From a virus (lineage: Duplodnaviria > Caudoviricetes): a stretch of 64,000 nucleotides of DNA. Shown here in pieces: positions 55,111 through 64,000 of the stretch (positions are counted from its first letter, which is position 1; every line of letters starts with the position of its first letter). Under the pieces are notes generated by a model that ran no database searches, had not been told where the DNA came from, and saw only the letters and a program-made list of their open reading frames with translations. The position numbers were made by a program, and so were the translations under genes. The stretch lies in the IMG/VR virus record IMGVR_UViG_3300020048_000002. The stretch is one strand, 5' to 3'.

Positions 55111-55654
55111 CGGCAGGCTTCGACTCGGGCTTGGCAACTTCGCTAGCCACTTCTTCGAGGTTCTTTGCAGCTTCCTCGATCTTCTCCGCCTTCTCCGAAA
55201 CCTTCTCGGCCTTCTCCGCTAGCTTGACCGCTGCATCCGCAACCTGGGCCAACTTGTCATCGAGAGCTTCCGGCTTGGGCGAAAGACTCGGGATCATGTT
55301 CGCTCCGTTGTCCGGTCCTTGGGCTTGACCCTGTCGGAAAAAACCACGAACACGAGCGTAGAGCCACCCACAGAAAAGGCCGCACACGATGGCGTACATG
55401 GCCCGGGCCGAAGCCGATTCGGCTACAGCAGGAGGCCACGGGAACTGCTTCAACGTGACAGCAAGGAGGAGTCCGTTGCCGATGGGGCCAAGCGGCAGGA
55501 GCACCTCGTACCACCACTTGTTCGTGGTCGCACCCTTCCACGCCGTCTCGACGACTCGCCGAACGGCTGCCGTCATCACGTAGATGGTGAGTCCCAAAAG
55601 AAGCGTTTGCCAGTTGGCAAACACGCTCAGTCCGTCATCAAGTGTAGTAGGCAT
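55097..55654 (-). CDS. holin-like membrane protein
   Basis: About 3 TM segments plus a charged C-terminal tail; downstream of tail genes. Confidence 0.6.
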   Translation of the reverse strand: MPTTLDDGLSVFANWQTLLLGLTIYVMTAAVRRVVETAWKGATTNKWWYEVLLPLGPIGNGLLLAVTLKQFPWPPAVAESASARAMYAIVCGLFCGWLYARVRGFFRQGQAQGPDNGANMIPSLSPKPEALDDKLAQVADAAVKLAEKAEKVSEKAEKIEEAAKNLEEVASEVAKPESKPADESL

Positions 55655-55686
55655 CGGGGTCTCCTAAACTGGAGACCCCGATAGAA
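55653..55686 (-). promoter_or_regulatory. RBS-sequestering hairpin overlapping a late-type promoter
   Basis: 12-bp stem ATCGGGGTCTCC/GGAGACCCCGAT covers GGAG and AT of the ATG; TTCTAT-N14-TAG overlaps it. Confidence 0.7.
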
Positions 55687-55693
55687 CGATCCA

Positions 55694-55900
55694 CTACTTA
55701 GCTGTCTCAGGCTTGACTACGGCGATGAGACCCCGTGCCCACTTTTCGAGGTGAGCGACTTGATCTTGTAGACCCTTTCGCTGCTCGTCCGTAAGCATGG
55801 GGTTCATCATGGCCGAGCGAAGCCGATCCTTCGCTGCCTTGGCCCCCGACCGTCGTTGCTCGGGGGTCAGATCCAAGTATGTGAGAGTCTTGATGCCCAT
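55694..55900 (-). CDS. hypothetical protein
   Basis: 68-aa ORF following the tail gene. Confidence 0.6.
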   Translation of the reverse strand: MGIKTLTYLDLTPEQRRSGAKAAKDRLRSAMMNPMLTDEQRKGLQDQVAHLEKWARGLIAVVKPETAK

Positions 55901-55909
55901 GGGTGTGTC

Positions 55910-58900
55910 TCAGGGTGCCGGGGGCCGACGAGTCAGAGCAAGCGTCGAGGGGTCAACGTTTGCTCGAATGTTGTCCCGAACAAGCGGGTGGCCCTCGATG
56001 CGGTAGAGGTCAACTGCCGCATTTCCTTCGGCCATGCCGTTCGTCGAGAGGTCCACCACTTGAGGCGCTGGTCCGACAGTCCCAAACGTGTCTTGGAACT
56101 GCGTTGCCACCACCAGCATCAACTCGCCTCCGGCCGAAACCTCCGTGGCCCCCTTGAGGGTCGGAGCATTTCGCACGAGATAGGCGGTCCCCGCAAGCAC
56201 GTTGGATACGCCGTTCGTCAGGTTGGACGAACCTACGAATCCGGGTGAGAACGAGCCTCCGGGGTTGTCCCCAGAAGCCAGGAAGGCTGAGCCGCCTCGG
56301 AAGGTTCGGTAGTTCGTGAGAAGGGCGTAGTTCCCCTGCTCACCGTCAACGTGAACCATCACGTTTCCGGGTTCAACCGAAGCGTCCGCAAGAGCCACCA
56401 AGCTGGTTGCGTCGAGGGTCGAGTTCGTGGCTAGCCCACCAAAGTACCCCAGAGACATGTTCTGGTGAACTTGCGTGTGACCCGGTTGAAGGTTCGAGAA
56501 GAACACCGCTCGGAAGTCCTTGTCGCGACGGAGAGCCCCAAGGGGAAGGCGTTCCGTGCAACCATTGTACTTCGAGAGGTAGTTCGAACTCTGAGGCTCG
56601 CCAGCAAGGCCGCCCGTAAAGAAGTTGGGACGGGGATCCAGCGAGGTCAAAGGCGGGTAAGGCGTCGGCCCTGATTGGCTGATGTCCTCGTACCCTGCGT
56701 TCCCCAGAGGGCTGTTGAGGTTGGGGGCACCCCCGATACGTCCCGTTCCAGCCGTCGTCGCGAAGTTGAGGGCGGCTAGGATCTCTAGCGGCTTCTGGTT
56801 CGGACGAGTCAGAGCACTCTCGTTGATCTGCGTCGAGGCGATCTGGTAGGCCACACCGGTCTGGAGAGGGCCGGGGTTGTAGGAGATGTCGATGTTGTTC
56901 GTCTGCGTGCCCCACGCATCTCCACCGTACGGGGTACGGCTGAAGTTCACGAGGGCACTGTCACCCGCCGTCATGGGGCCGGGCAGAATCCCGACGGGTC
57001 CAGCGATGGCAATGTTGACGTTGTTGGCTCGTGTAACGAGATCGTTGGCCTGCTGGCGCATCCCCGACGAGGGAGTTGCACGGGTGAGGACAATCCGAAC
57101 CTCACGGCGGTTAAGCGTCGGATCCGGACGGAACGTGTCCCGGTCGAACCCAAAGATGCTCGCCTCGATGATGTAGTTCCCCGCCGCAAAGTTCGCGATG
57201 GGAGCCGGGGACTTCGAGATGTCAATGGCAGCCGCGTTCAGCACGAACGTCGAATCTCCATCGTCGTCCGTTTCGATCCAGAAGGTCGGGCCGACAACGT
57301 TTTGACGAAGGAGGTTCGTCGCCGCCGTGAGAGAGCCCGTCCGCTCACGGGTCGAGCTGTCAAAGGGCGAGCCGTTGATCTTGTAGTCGTTGGCTTCGTA
57401 GACGCCGAAGAGTCGAGTGACCCCGTAGAACGGAGGAAGCTGTAGCCCTTGCCGACCCGAACCCGTGGTGTCCGTGAACTGCCGGATTCCAGCGTAGTTG
57501 TTTCCAGAGTACGAGATCGCCGCATTGTAGGGTGCGGGGTTCGTACCCGGAGGGTTCAAGTCCAGCGTCGTGAACACGGCGTAGCTGAACGTACCGTTCG
57601 AGTAGGGCACGTAGTTACGATCCGAGTTCGCTTGAGGCGACGCCCCCTTCAACGAGTTGAAGAAGAAGTTGACCCCCTCATCAAAGCTCGTCGTATCGAC
57701 CGGGAGGATCGGTACGTGAACTGCCCCGTTCTGGGGAATCAGATGGCCGGGGAGCGACACGTAGAGGTTCTTCGTCGCCGCCGTGGTATCCGTCGTCCCT
57801 GCGAACAGTTGGAGCGGATCCGTCGTCGTCCACTTGGCCGTCACACCATCCCGCTTCAGGAGCGGCATGAGCCCTTGCGCCTTGTAGACAAGGTAGCTTG
57901 CACTTCCGGTGTTGCCGCACGGGCGGTCGAGTACAAGCGTGTCGTTCGGGTTCACCGTGGTCGTGATGGCCGTGATTGTGAACCTGCCGGTGCGCACACC
58001 CGCCGTGATCACGACCGCATCTCCAACCATGACCCCGGCTGCTGCGAGGTTGGTACCCGTGACGTCTTGGAGCTGGTTTCCCGTCGCTCCAGCAAGGCCC
58101 GCAGGGGTAAAGAAGGGGGTGGGCCGAAGGTTGGCGGCCGTACCCTCGATAGTGATGAAGTTGTCCGGCCAATCCATGAGCCGGAACGGCTGAAGGACAA
58201 GCGTCTTGCTTCCGTGGTCGAGGTAGGACTCGGCTGTTACAGGCGGTCCGTCGAACCCGGTCTCGTAGCGGAACTTGCTCCATTGAACAACGTGGCCCGT
58301 GCTCAGTCGGTAGTTGTTCGAGGGGAACTGCGCCGCCGTGTGCATCAGGTTGACGGTCGGGCTAAGCAGGCTGACCGAGTGCAGAGCATCCGGTCGCCTC
58401 GAAACACCACGACCAGCCCCGTACATGACGTGGAGGGTGATGTAGAGCTGCTTGCCGGTGATCGGGAACCCGCCACCCAAGGTGATGACGAGATCCGTCC
58501 CGGACGTGAGCGTTGCCGGAGTCACCGTATACACAGCAGGGGTCAGCGGGTCGGTGTCCCCGTCGATCCTGATTTTCACTTCGTACGGGGCCTCGTTGCA
58601 CCAACGGACCTGATCGGAGTCTCCCCCAGGGAGCCCTGCCTTGAGCTGTGCGACGGGGATCTGAATGACCGTGCCGGGCTCGAACTGAGCCACACCCGGA
58701 GCCGCAGAGGTGCGGTTGGCCGTAAGGGTGAGAGCCCAAGGCGCACTCAAAAGGGCCGGGGGTGCGTTCGTGTTCGGAGCGACCACAAGCTCGACTGGCT
58801 GAACCACCGACGCATCCGAGAAGATCATTCGGATGTTGTCGGGAGCGTCGAGCTTCGTGACTCCAAGCGCCACACCGCCACCCGTCACCTTGTCCTGGTA

Positions 58901-60277
58901 GGCGACGAACGTCCCCTGCTGGGTGCTGTTGCCAGCACGCTTCCAGTTGGAGCGAAGCTCACCACGAAGGAGCTTGTCGAAGTTCGAGCGGAGCAGGGCG
59001 TTGTAATCGAACCCGTTCGGGTTGACGAGATGCCGAAGATCAAGGATGTCCGTCTGGGCTACCTGATCGGAGTAGAGCCCATCCGGACGACCGGCCACCG
59101 GAGTGATGGTCGAACCCAAGGGGTGCGGCTCAGCAACCGTGCCCGCAAGACCACGAACGAGCCCGCTCATGGTCGTCCCGGTGATGCTCGTGTACGTCAT
59201 GATCTCATCACCGATCTGGATGTAGACCGGCGTGAGTGGCGTCAGGGGCAGAGGGATGTTGGCGACCGAGGCCAAAGTGAGCGTCGTGCTGCTTGCCGTC
59301 ATGGCAGCGTTGAGCGAAGGGATCGTCGAGAACGTCTTGACCCCAGAACGGTCTACAGCGGTTGGGTTGCGGTTGAACCCACCGTTGAGGTTGGGAGAAG
59401 GGTCCCCCGTCCACACGACAGCGTTGCGACGGAAAACGCCGCAAAGGGGGATGGCGTAGACGTACCCATCGACCGTGTTGAGGTTGTTGGCCGTCCCGTC
59501 ACCCGCACGCCAGAGGCCAGAGTCCCCTAGCTCCTGACGCATGTTCGAGTACGTGTAAGCGGTCACCGTGTCCGGGTTCGTCGGATCGTAGGCACCCTTG
59601 GCCTTCACGACGCTCGGATCAAACCCGTCTGGGTAAGAAGACAACCCGAGAAGTCCCTTGACGACTCGGATGCGATACTGGAGCTGAACCCGCTGGCTCG
59701 TCTCGAAGCCCAAGGCAGGGTCTACCATGTCGTCGGCCAGATACGTGTTGCCCGACTCCACGTTGCCGTACTTGAAGATGCCAGACGAGCTGGGCTTGTT
59801 CGTAGACGACGGGTTGGGGGCCACACGGGCCTTCCACACCTCTAGGAACACGAAGTCCGTTCGGAAATCGCCCGAGTTGGCAGGGGGCGGGTCGAGGGCA
59901 ATGAGGTTCCATGCGTCCACATCGTTCGGAGCACCCGGGGGAGTGCCCGTGCGAGTCGAGGTGACCGGGACCAGCCAGCCGTTGACCACGGCCCACATGA
60001 TCGCCTGCTTCTCACCCGTCCGCTGCGACCCGAACTTGAACCAGTTCGACCACTGGGAGTTCGTGATGTAGTCCGCCATCGTGCTGGTCTCGTTTCCGAG
60101 CCATCCCGAGGGAGTGCCACGAAGCACGGCCGTACGGCTAAAATCAGCCGCAATCTCCTGGAGCAGATTGAACTCTGCGTCCATTGGCGGCTTGCCTTGC
60201 TGAAGGATGACCTCAAGGAACTCCCGTCCGTTGGGGTCTAGAACGCGCGAAACGCCGGGGCCAAGATTACTTGCCAT
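55910..60277 (-). CDS. large tail/baseplate structural protein
   Basis: The N-terminal V.LQQGKP..D.EFN..QE motif is typical of baseplate/tail proteins; 1455 aa, G/T/P/N-rich. Confidence 0.75.
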   Translation of the reverse strand: MASNLGPGVSRVLDPNGREFLEVILQQGKPPMDAEFNLLQEIAADFSRTAVLRGTPSGWLGNETSTMADYITNSQWSNWFKFGSQRTGEKQAIMWAVVNGWLVPVTSTRTGTPPGAPNDVDAWNLIALDPPPANSGDFRTDFVFLEVWKARVAPNPSSTNKPSSSGIFKYGNVESGNTYLADDMVDPALGFETSQRVQLQYRIRVVKGLLGLSSYPDGFDPSVVKAKGAYDPTNPDTVTAYTYSNMRQELGDSGLWRAGDGTANNLNTVDGYVYAIPLCGVFRRNAVVWTGDPSPNLNGGFNRNPTAVDRSGVKTFSTIPSLNAAMTASSTTLTLASVANIPLPLTPLTPVYIQIGDEIMTYTSITGTTMSGLVRGLAGTVAEPHPLGSTITPVAGRPDGLYSDQVAQTDILDLRHLVNPNGFDYNALLRSNFDKLLRGELRSNWKRAGNSTQQGTFVAYQDKVTGGGVALGVTKLDAPDNIRMIFSDASVVQPVELVVAPNTNAPPALLSAPWALTLTANRTSAAPGVAQFEPGTVIQIPVAQLKAGLPGGDSDQVRWCNEAPYEVKIRIDGDTDPLTPAVYTVTPATLTSGTDLVITLGGGFPITGKQLYITLHVMYGAGRGVSRRPDALHSVSLLSPTVNLMHTAAQFPSNNYRLSTGHVVQWSKFRYETGFDGPPVTAESYLDHGSKTLVLQPFRLMDWPDNFITIEGTAANLRPTPFFTPAGLAGATGNQLQDVTGTNLAAAGVMVGDAVVITAGVRTGRFTITAITTTVNPNDTLVLDRPCGNTGSASYLVYKAQGLMPLLKRDGVTAKWTTTDPLQLFAGTTDTTAATKNLYVSLPGHLIPQNGAVHVPILPVDTTSFDEGVNFFFNSLKGASPQANSDRNYVPYSNGTFSYAVFTTLDLNPPGTNPAPYNAAISYSGNNYAGIRQFTDTTGSGRQGLQLPPFYGVTRLFGVYEANDYKINGSPFDSSTRERTGSLTAATNLLRQNVVGPTFWIETDDDGDSTFVLNAAAIDISKSPAPIANFAAGNYIIEASIFGFDRDTFRPDPTLNRREVRIVLTRATPSSGMRQQANDLVTRANNVNIAIAGPVGILPGPMTAGDSALVNFSRTPYGGDAWGTQTNNIDISYNPGPLQTGVAYQIASTQINESALTRPNQKPLEILAALNFATTAGTGRIGGAPNLNSPLGNAGYEDISQSGPTPYPPLTSLDPRPNFFTGGLAGEPQSSNYLSKYNGCTERLPLGALRRDKDFRAVFFSNLQPGHTQVHQNMSLGYFGGLATNSTLDATSLVALADASVEPGNVMVHVDGEQGNYALLTNYRTFRGGSAFLASGDNPGGSFSPGFVGSSNLTNGVSNVLAGTAYLVRNAPTLKGATEVSAGGELMLVVATQFQDTFGTVGPAPQVVDLSTNGMAEGNAAVDLYRIEGHPLVRDNIRANVDPSTLALTRRPPAP

Positions 60278-60329
60278 GTGGATTCCCTGCCGATGTGGAT
60301 CCGATTAGAAGATCAAGACGCAAGGGGAC

Positions 60330-60962
60330 TCAGTAGATCACGGCCCAAGATCCCACGTAACGCCGACTTCCCGCCGTGTTCGCGAACCGAATCTTGAAGT
60401 CCGTGCCTTGCCCGATCAACGGGATGTTGAACACAGCACCGTCGCTCACCGTGTACCAGTTTACACCGTTGTCGAAGGACACTTCGCAAGTCAGATCGCT
60501 GGCGGGCTCCTCCGTGTAAGTTCTCTGCAACCGAGCCAGAGCGAGATCTGAAACGGCGACAGAGTACGTTTCCCAAGTGATCACAGCCTGAGTTGGGGCA
60601 GGACCAGAGAGCATCGAGGTCGTTGAGAAAAGCGCCCCGGCAGATCCGACCTCGAAGATGCTCACCGCCCCACGCTCCCCGAAGATGCCCCGTAGAAGGG
60701 GAGCGGTGAGGTCGATGCCTGCGATGTCGAGGAAGTCGTCGTACGTGACGTAGGAGAACCCGGCGTAGTACGCAAGGAGTCCGGCGTACTTCTTGGCCAC
60801 GAGATCCATCGTGTTCGTAGGATCTTGCACCTGGATGTAGTCGGGTACCCGAATTACACCCCCGCCGTTCATGGGGCTTGTTCCCATGGGGGCTTCCACT
60901 ACATCGAGAATTCTCGACATGGGGAAGCTCGGGCTGTGAATGTCGACCAAGTAGTGGCTCAT
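60330..60962 (-). CDS. putative virion structural protein
   Basis: EVSFDNGVNW motif; located in the tail cluster. Confidence 0.65.
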   Translation of the reverse strand: MSHYLVDIHSPSFPMSRILDVVEAPMGTSPMNGGGVIRVPDYIQVQDPTNTMDLVAKKYAGLLAYYAGFSYVTYDDFLDIAGIDLTAPLLRGIFGERGAVSIFEVGSAGALFSTTSMLSGPAPTQAVITWETYSVAVSDLALARLQRTYTEEPASDLTCEVSFDNGVNWYTVSDGAVFNIPLIGQGTDFKIRFANTAGSRRYVGSWAVIY

Positions 60963-60993
60963 GGTTCAACCTTTGATCTAGTTACAGCCCCAA

Positions 60994-61179
60994 TCAGCTA
61001 GGCTCAATAAGTTTTAAGTGGATCGCAACAACTTTTAGAAGAGCCTCTTTGTCCTCCGAGGACAAGTCCTCAAAAGTTTTCCCTGTGAAGCTCTGCTTAC
61101 CGGCCTGTTGCTGTTGTTTCGCCTCTAGGCGAGACTGCCATTGAGGCACATGTTGCCGCACTCGTTTGGCCTCAGCCAT
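60994..61179 (-). CDS. small tail-fibre-associated protein
   Basis: RBS GAGG; overlaps the upstream gene. Confidence 0.55.
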   Translation of the reverse strand: MAEAKRVRQHVPQWQSRLEAKQQQQAGKQSFTGKTFEDLSSEDKEALLKVVAIHLKLIEPS

Positions 61180-61570
61180 TGGACACCTCTTCCTTGGGCT
61201 TCACGCAGCGGAAAACACGCATGTCGACTGTCGCCAAGTCAGACGTGTCTGGTGGAATGTCTGCCAATAGGAACAGATGAAGATTGATATAGGGATCATC
61301 TTTTTCCCATCGGTAGCCCTGACCGTGAGGCGCATCGTCAACAAGCAACGTGACTTCGTTTGTAGCCTTTTCCTGGACCAGGTACACCGAAAGAGCGCAA
61401 CGGGAGGTCATCGAGTCTAGGGTGAAGAAATGGTCCTCCCCCAACTCGTAAGTCACCCTACCCACGCCAAAGGACCCAGCCCTAATTGTTACAGTCAAGC
61501 CTTCAACTTCAACGGGAAGTTCGACAAAGTTGCTCGATGAGCCCAGAGTGTCAACGAACGTGATACCCAT
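61172..61570 (-). CDS. putative tail fibre chaperone/associated protein
   Basis: TAATG coupling to the fibre gene. Confidence 0.55.
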   Translation of the reverse strand: MGITFVDTLGSSSNFVELPVEVEGLTVTIRAGSFGVGRVTYELGEDHFFTLDSMTSRCALSVYLVQEKATNEVTLLVDDAPHGQGYRWEKDDPYINLHLFLLADIPPDTSDLATVDMRVFRCVKPKEEVSNG

Positions 61571-63480
61571 TAGCTATCCTGCTCCCCAACAATCATGAAT
61601 GTGATGTCCTCAGCCGACGAAGACAGATCGGTTTGGATCCCAGAGCTAGCATCGAAGTGGCTAATTCGAACAGAGCCCACGGCGTAATTGTGGTACGTGA
61701 TGATCTTGTCGGTTGTGTTTCGAGCCATACCGGCCACGACATAACTGGTGTCCGCGAAGTTCGAAGCAAAAGTAACTACTAAGTCAAACCCCGAGTACGA
61801 AACGCTGGCAATGTTGAAACCATTGAGCACATAAGGGGGTACGAAAGGGAAAACTACAGGTCCAGTTAGAACCACGCCCCAGCACTTGACAATGTTCTTC
61901 GCCTTTAGAATATTGAGGTGCCCTTGAGTCGATGGCGGATTTGTATCCGACCCGGAAACATTGTTCGTATTGAGGACTTGAAATTCCCCGTTTTCAACAG
62001 TGAGGGAACACACAATCGAAGCAGGGCCAACAATCGTAGAGTTGCCAAGACTGATTGCTTGCGAACCGTATGTCCCGGATTGGTCCCAGCCGGACGTCGA
62101 CCATGGAATAACAGTCGAAGTCTTACGGTAGATCGACAAAATACCCGGGGAGTCCTCGAACCGGTACATGATCGCTGGTGCGCCGGTATAGTCAGCTTCC
62201 CACTGCGTGCCGTTCCAAAGGGCATTGCTCGTAACGACAAGAGACTGAAAGCTCCTATCGTTGTAGATCCGCTTATAGTAATCTGGGCCGCTTGCGTTGT
62301 TGTTTTTGATCTGCCAAAGGAGCTTACGGGCAGTTGGGATCGTCTCTGTGGCAAAGACCGGTTCTGTGTCTCCTGCCTGCCCCTCAACGACCTGAGCATT
62401 GGTCCAAATATTAGACCTGCTCAACTTGCCCCAATTGACGTCCAGCTCATCTAGTTGGGCTCGAACGGAGACTCCAGTTAGATTGGTTCCGGCCCCCGCT
62501 TTAGCTCCAATGCGTGAAGCGCCATCGTCATTACCAACTGAATTGTCGCTTAGGTCGTTGACGACTTTATCAAGCTGGGCTTGAACTGTCGTATCGGGGT
62601 TCGTGCGACCCCCGAGCCACGCCGGGCCAGTGTTGTACTGATTGTACTGTGCTCGGGTGGAGTCTTGAACTGTTTTGACAAGCTCCTGTGCTGGAACCGT
62701 AAACGACGTGTTAACAATCTGCTCACACCCGATCTTACGTGCCCCACTAGCTAGAGCAGTAGTGTCTGCAAGTCGGTTGACTACCTGATCGAGGCTACCC
62801 TGAACGTCATCGGAAGGAAATGCGGTGGCATCTGCCCAGGTTGCCGAGCTAGTGTAGTCAATGTTGCTCGCATAACTGAGATCGTCGAGTTGGCTGTCGA
62901 TTGTACCGGATGCGATTGAGATCGCACCGTGGGCAATTGCACGGGTCCCAATCTTCTTGGCCCCGGCCGGATCCGTGACCGCACTGAGATCCGTAATGAT
63001 CTTGTCGATCTGGTTCCCGAGGGTGTCGGCGGGGTTGGTTGTACCATCTGCCCAAGCTCCACCCCCATCATACTGAATCTTCCCAGCACCGTCCCCAGTC
63101 GCTAGATCCGTAATGATCTTGTCGATCTGGTTCCCGAGGGTGTCAGCGGGGTTGGTTGTGCCGTCAGCCCAAGTGCCACCCCCATCATACTGAATCTTTC
63201 CAGCACCGTCCCCAACAGCCAAATCCGACACAATCTTGTCGAGTTGAGTCTCAACGTCACTAGCGGGGTTGGTTGTGCCGTCAGCCCAAGTGCCACTACC
63301 GTCGAACCCGATAGCAGATCCATCATGGGCATCTACAGGGTCCGTGATGTGGGCATTAAGAGCTGCTAGCGAGTTAGACCCACCACCAGGAAAAATAAGA
63401 GCACTTGCCGATACAGTGGACGACGGAAGACGTCCAGGCCCGGGTTGAATAACGGTAATCGGGTTCTTATTGCTCGGCAT
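61570..63480 (-). CDS. tail fibre / receptor-binding-like protein with internal repeats
   Basis: HITDP..AH.A..I motif, WADGTTNP repeats, beta-rich C-terminus (FNIASV). Confidence 0.7.
   Translation of the reverse strand: MPSNKNPITVIQPGPGRLPSSTVSASALIFPGGGSNSLAALNAHITDPVDAHDGSAIGFDGSGTWADGTTNPASDVETQLDKIVSDLAVGDGAGKIQYDGGGTWADGTTNPADTLGNQIDKIITDLATGDGAGKIQYDGGGAWADGTTNPADTLGNQIDKIITDLSAVTDPAGAKKIGTRAIAHGAISIASGTIDSQLDDLSYASNIDYTSSATWADATAFPSDDVQGSLDQVVNRLADTTALASGARKIGCEQIVNTSFTVPAQELVKTVQDSTRAQYNQYNTGPAWLGGRTNPDTTVQAQLDKVVNDLSDNSVGNDDGASRIGAKAGAGTNLTGVSVRAQLDELDVNWGKLSRSNIWTNAQVVEGQAGDTEPVFATETIPTARKLLWQIKNNNASGPDYYKRIYNDRSFQSLVVTSNALWNGTQWEADYTGAPAIMYRFEDSPGILSIYRKTSTVIPWSTSGWDQSGTYGSQAISLGNSTIVGPASIVCSLTVENGEFQVLNTNNVSGSDTNPPSTQGHLNILKAKNIVKCWGVVLTGPVVFPFVPPYVLNGFNIASVSYSGFDLVVTFASNFADTSYVVAGMARNTTDKIITYHNYAVGSVRISHFDASSGIQTDLSSSAEDITFMIVGEQDS
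62987..63320. repeat. 117-bp (39-aa) tandem repeat, ~3 copies
   Basis: Units start at 62987, 63104 and 63221; GGGTWADGTTNPADTLGNQIDKIITDLATGDGAGKIQYD. Confidence 0.85.
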
Positions 63481-63492
63481 GGTAGGACCTCA

Positions 63493-64000
63493 TCAGGCTC
63501 GCTTGTTGAGCAGGTTGCCCTTGATGCGGAAAACGGTCGCAACCGTCGTGTTCGCCGTCGGGTCGGGGTCAAACACCACATTGTTCTGGTTGTCGAACTC
63601 CGCCTCCCGGAGGAGAAGGATCAAAACAAGTTGACCCTTGAAACCAAGAGGGCTGTCCGCCGTCAACTCCGCCAACATGGGGAGGAAGTTCCGGTGCTTC
63701 TTGGCGTCCGTGAGAGGTTGGGCGTAGGCATTCGGCACGTACGTCCCAACTGGAACCGTGGGGAAGTAGCTACGCCCTTCAATGTCGACGTCACCTGCAA
63801 GTCGAGTGAAAACCGCCTCTTGCGGGTTCGGGGTATACCCAACATAGGTCGGCATCTTCAGCATACCGGTTGAGGCGTTGAACTCCCCGGTGTAGATCGC
63901 CGCACCAGCGGCAAGCTCGTGGTCCCCGTTGAACGTCCCCACAGACGTTGGGAAGATACCCCCCATCTGAACATAGGCCGTCTCGTAGGGATACGCCGTA
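63493..64000 (-). CDS. C-terminal part of a structural protein (extends beyond the window)
   Basis: Open frame to the window edge; C-terminus resembles that of the 55910-60277 protein (G.L.L...A...RI.G..L). Confidence 0.65.
   Translation of the reverse strand, partial: TAYPYETAYVQMGGIFPTSVGTFNGDHELAAGAAIYTGEFNASTGMLKMPTYVGYTPNPQEAVFTRLAGDVDIEGRSYFPTVPVGTYVPNAYAQPLTDAKKHRNFLPMLAELTADSPLGFKGQLVLILLLREAEFDNQNNVVFDPDPTANTTVATVFRIKGNLLNKRA

Noticed and set aside
57449-59530. 693-aa plus-strand ORF
   Set aside because: Antisense shadow of the 1455-aa tail gene; Arg-rich low-information composition typical of high-GC reverse frames
62987-63320. CRISPR or DGR-like repeats
   Set aside because: In-frame coding tandem repeats with no unique spacers and no reverse transcriptase or cas gene in the window
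1-64000. tRNA/rRNA genes and alternative genetic code
   Set aside because: No cloverleaf or T-loop signatures noticed; long genes read through in the standard code and all three stop codons are used

Overview
A 64-kb segment of a large, GC-rich (~60%) tailed dsDNA phage genome (jumbo-phage-like), possibly infecting Myxococcota (inference from myxobacterial-type accessory genes). The left half is accessory and host-takeover genes: IF1, a vWA protein, a GIY-YIG/NUMOD3 endonuclease, a peptidoglycan transglycosylase, a dNMP kinase, an M15 endolysin, pyrB, a J-domain protein and an intein-bearing ClpX. The right half, on the minus strand, carries a Ycf46-type AAA + DUF1257 + DUF2997 module, a replication cluster, a probable lysis trio and tail/baseplate genes. 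The replication cluster comprises a family-A DNA polymerase with 2 inteins, a stand-alone primase Zn domain, a DNA methyltransferase hiding an out-of-frame HNH gene, DnaB with 2 inteins, a loader-like protein and an SNF2 helicase. Standout unexplained signals are: (1) a ~550-nt highly structured non-coding RNA (51708-52255, minus) with its own sigma70-like promoter, terminator, about ten GNRA-capped hairpins and a long-range closing helix; (2) a shared R-[VI]-x-x-[RK]-F peptide tag on otherwise unrelated proteins that all lie in operons behind one putative late-promoter motif, a candidate capsid-cargo targeting system; (3) three distinct promoter-like motif classes, with the late class sometimes embedded in RBS-sequestering hairpins. 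No tRNA, rRNA or CRISPR array was seen. Several start codons were re-chosen from RBS, overlap or promoter evidence. All family assignments come from motif recognition, not database searches.
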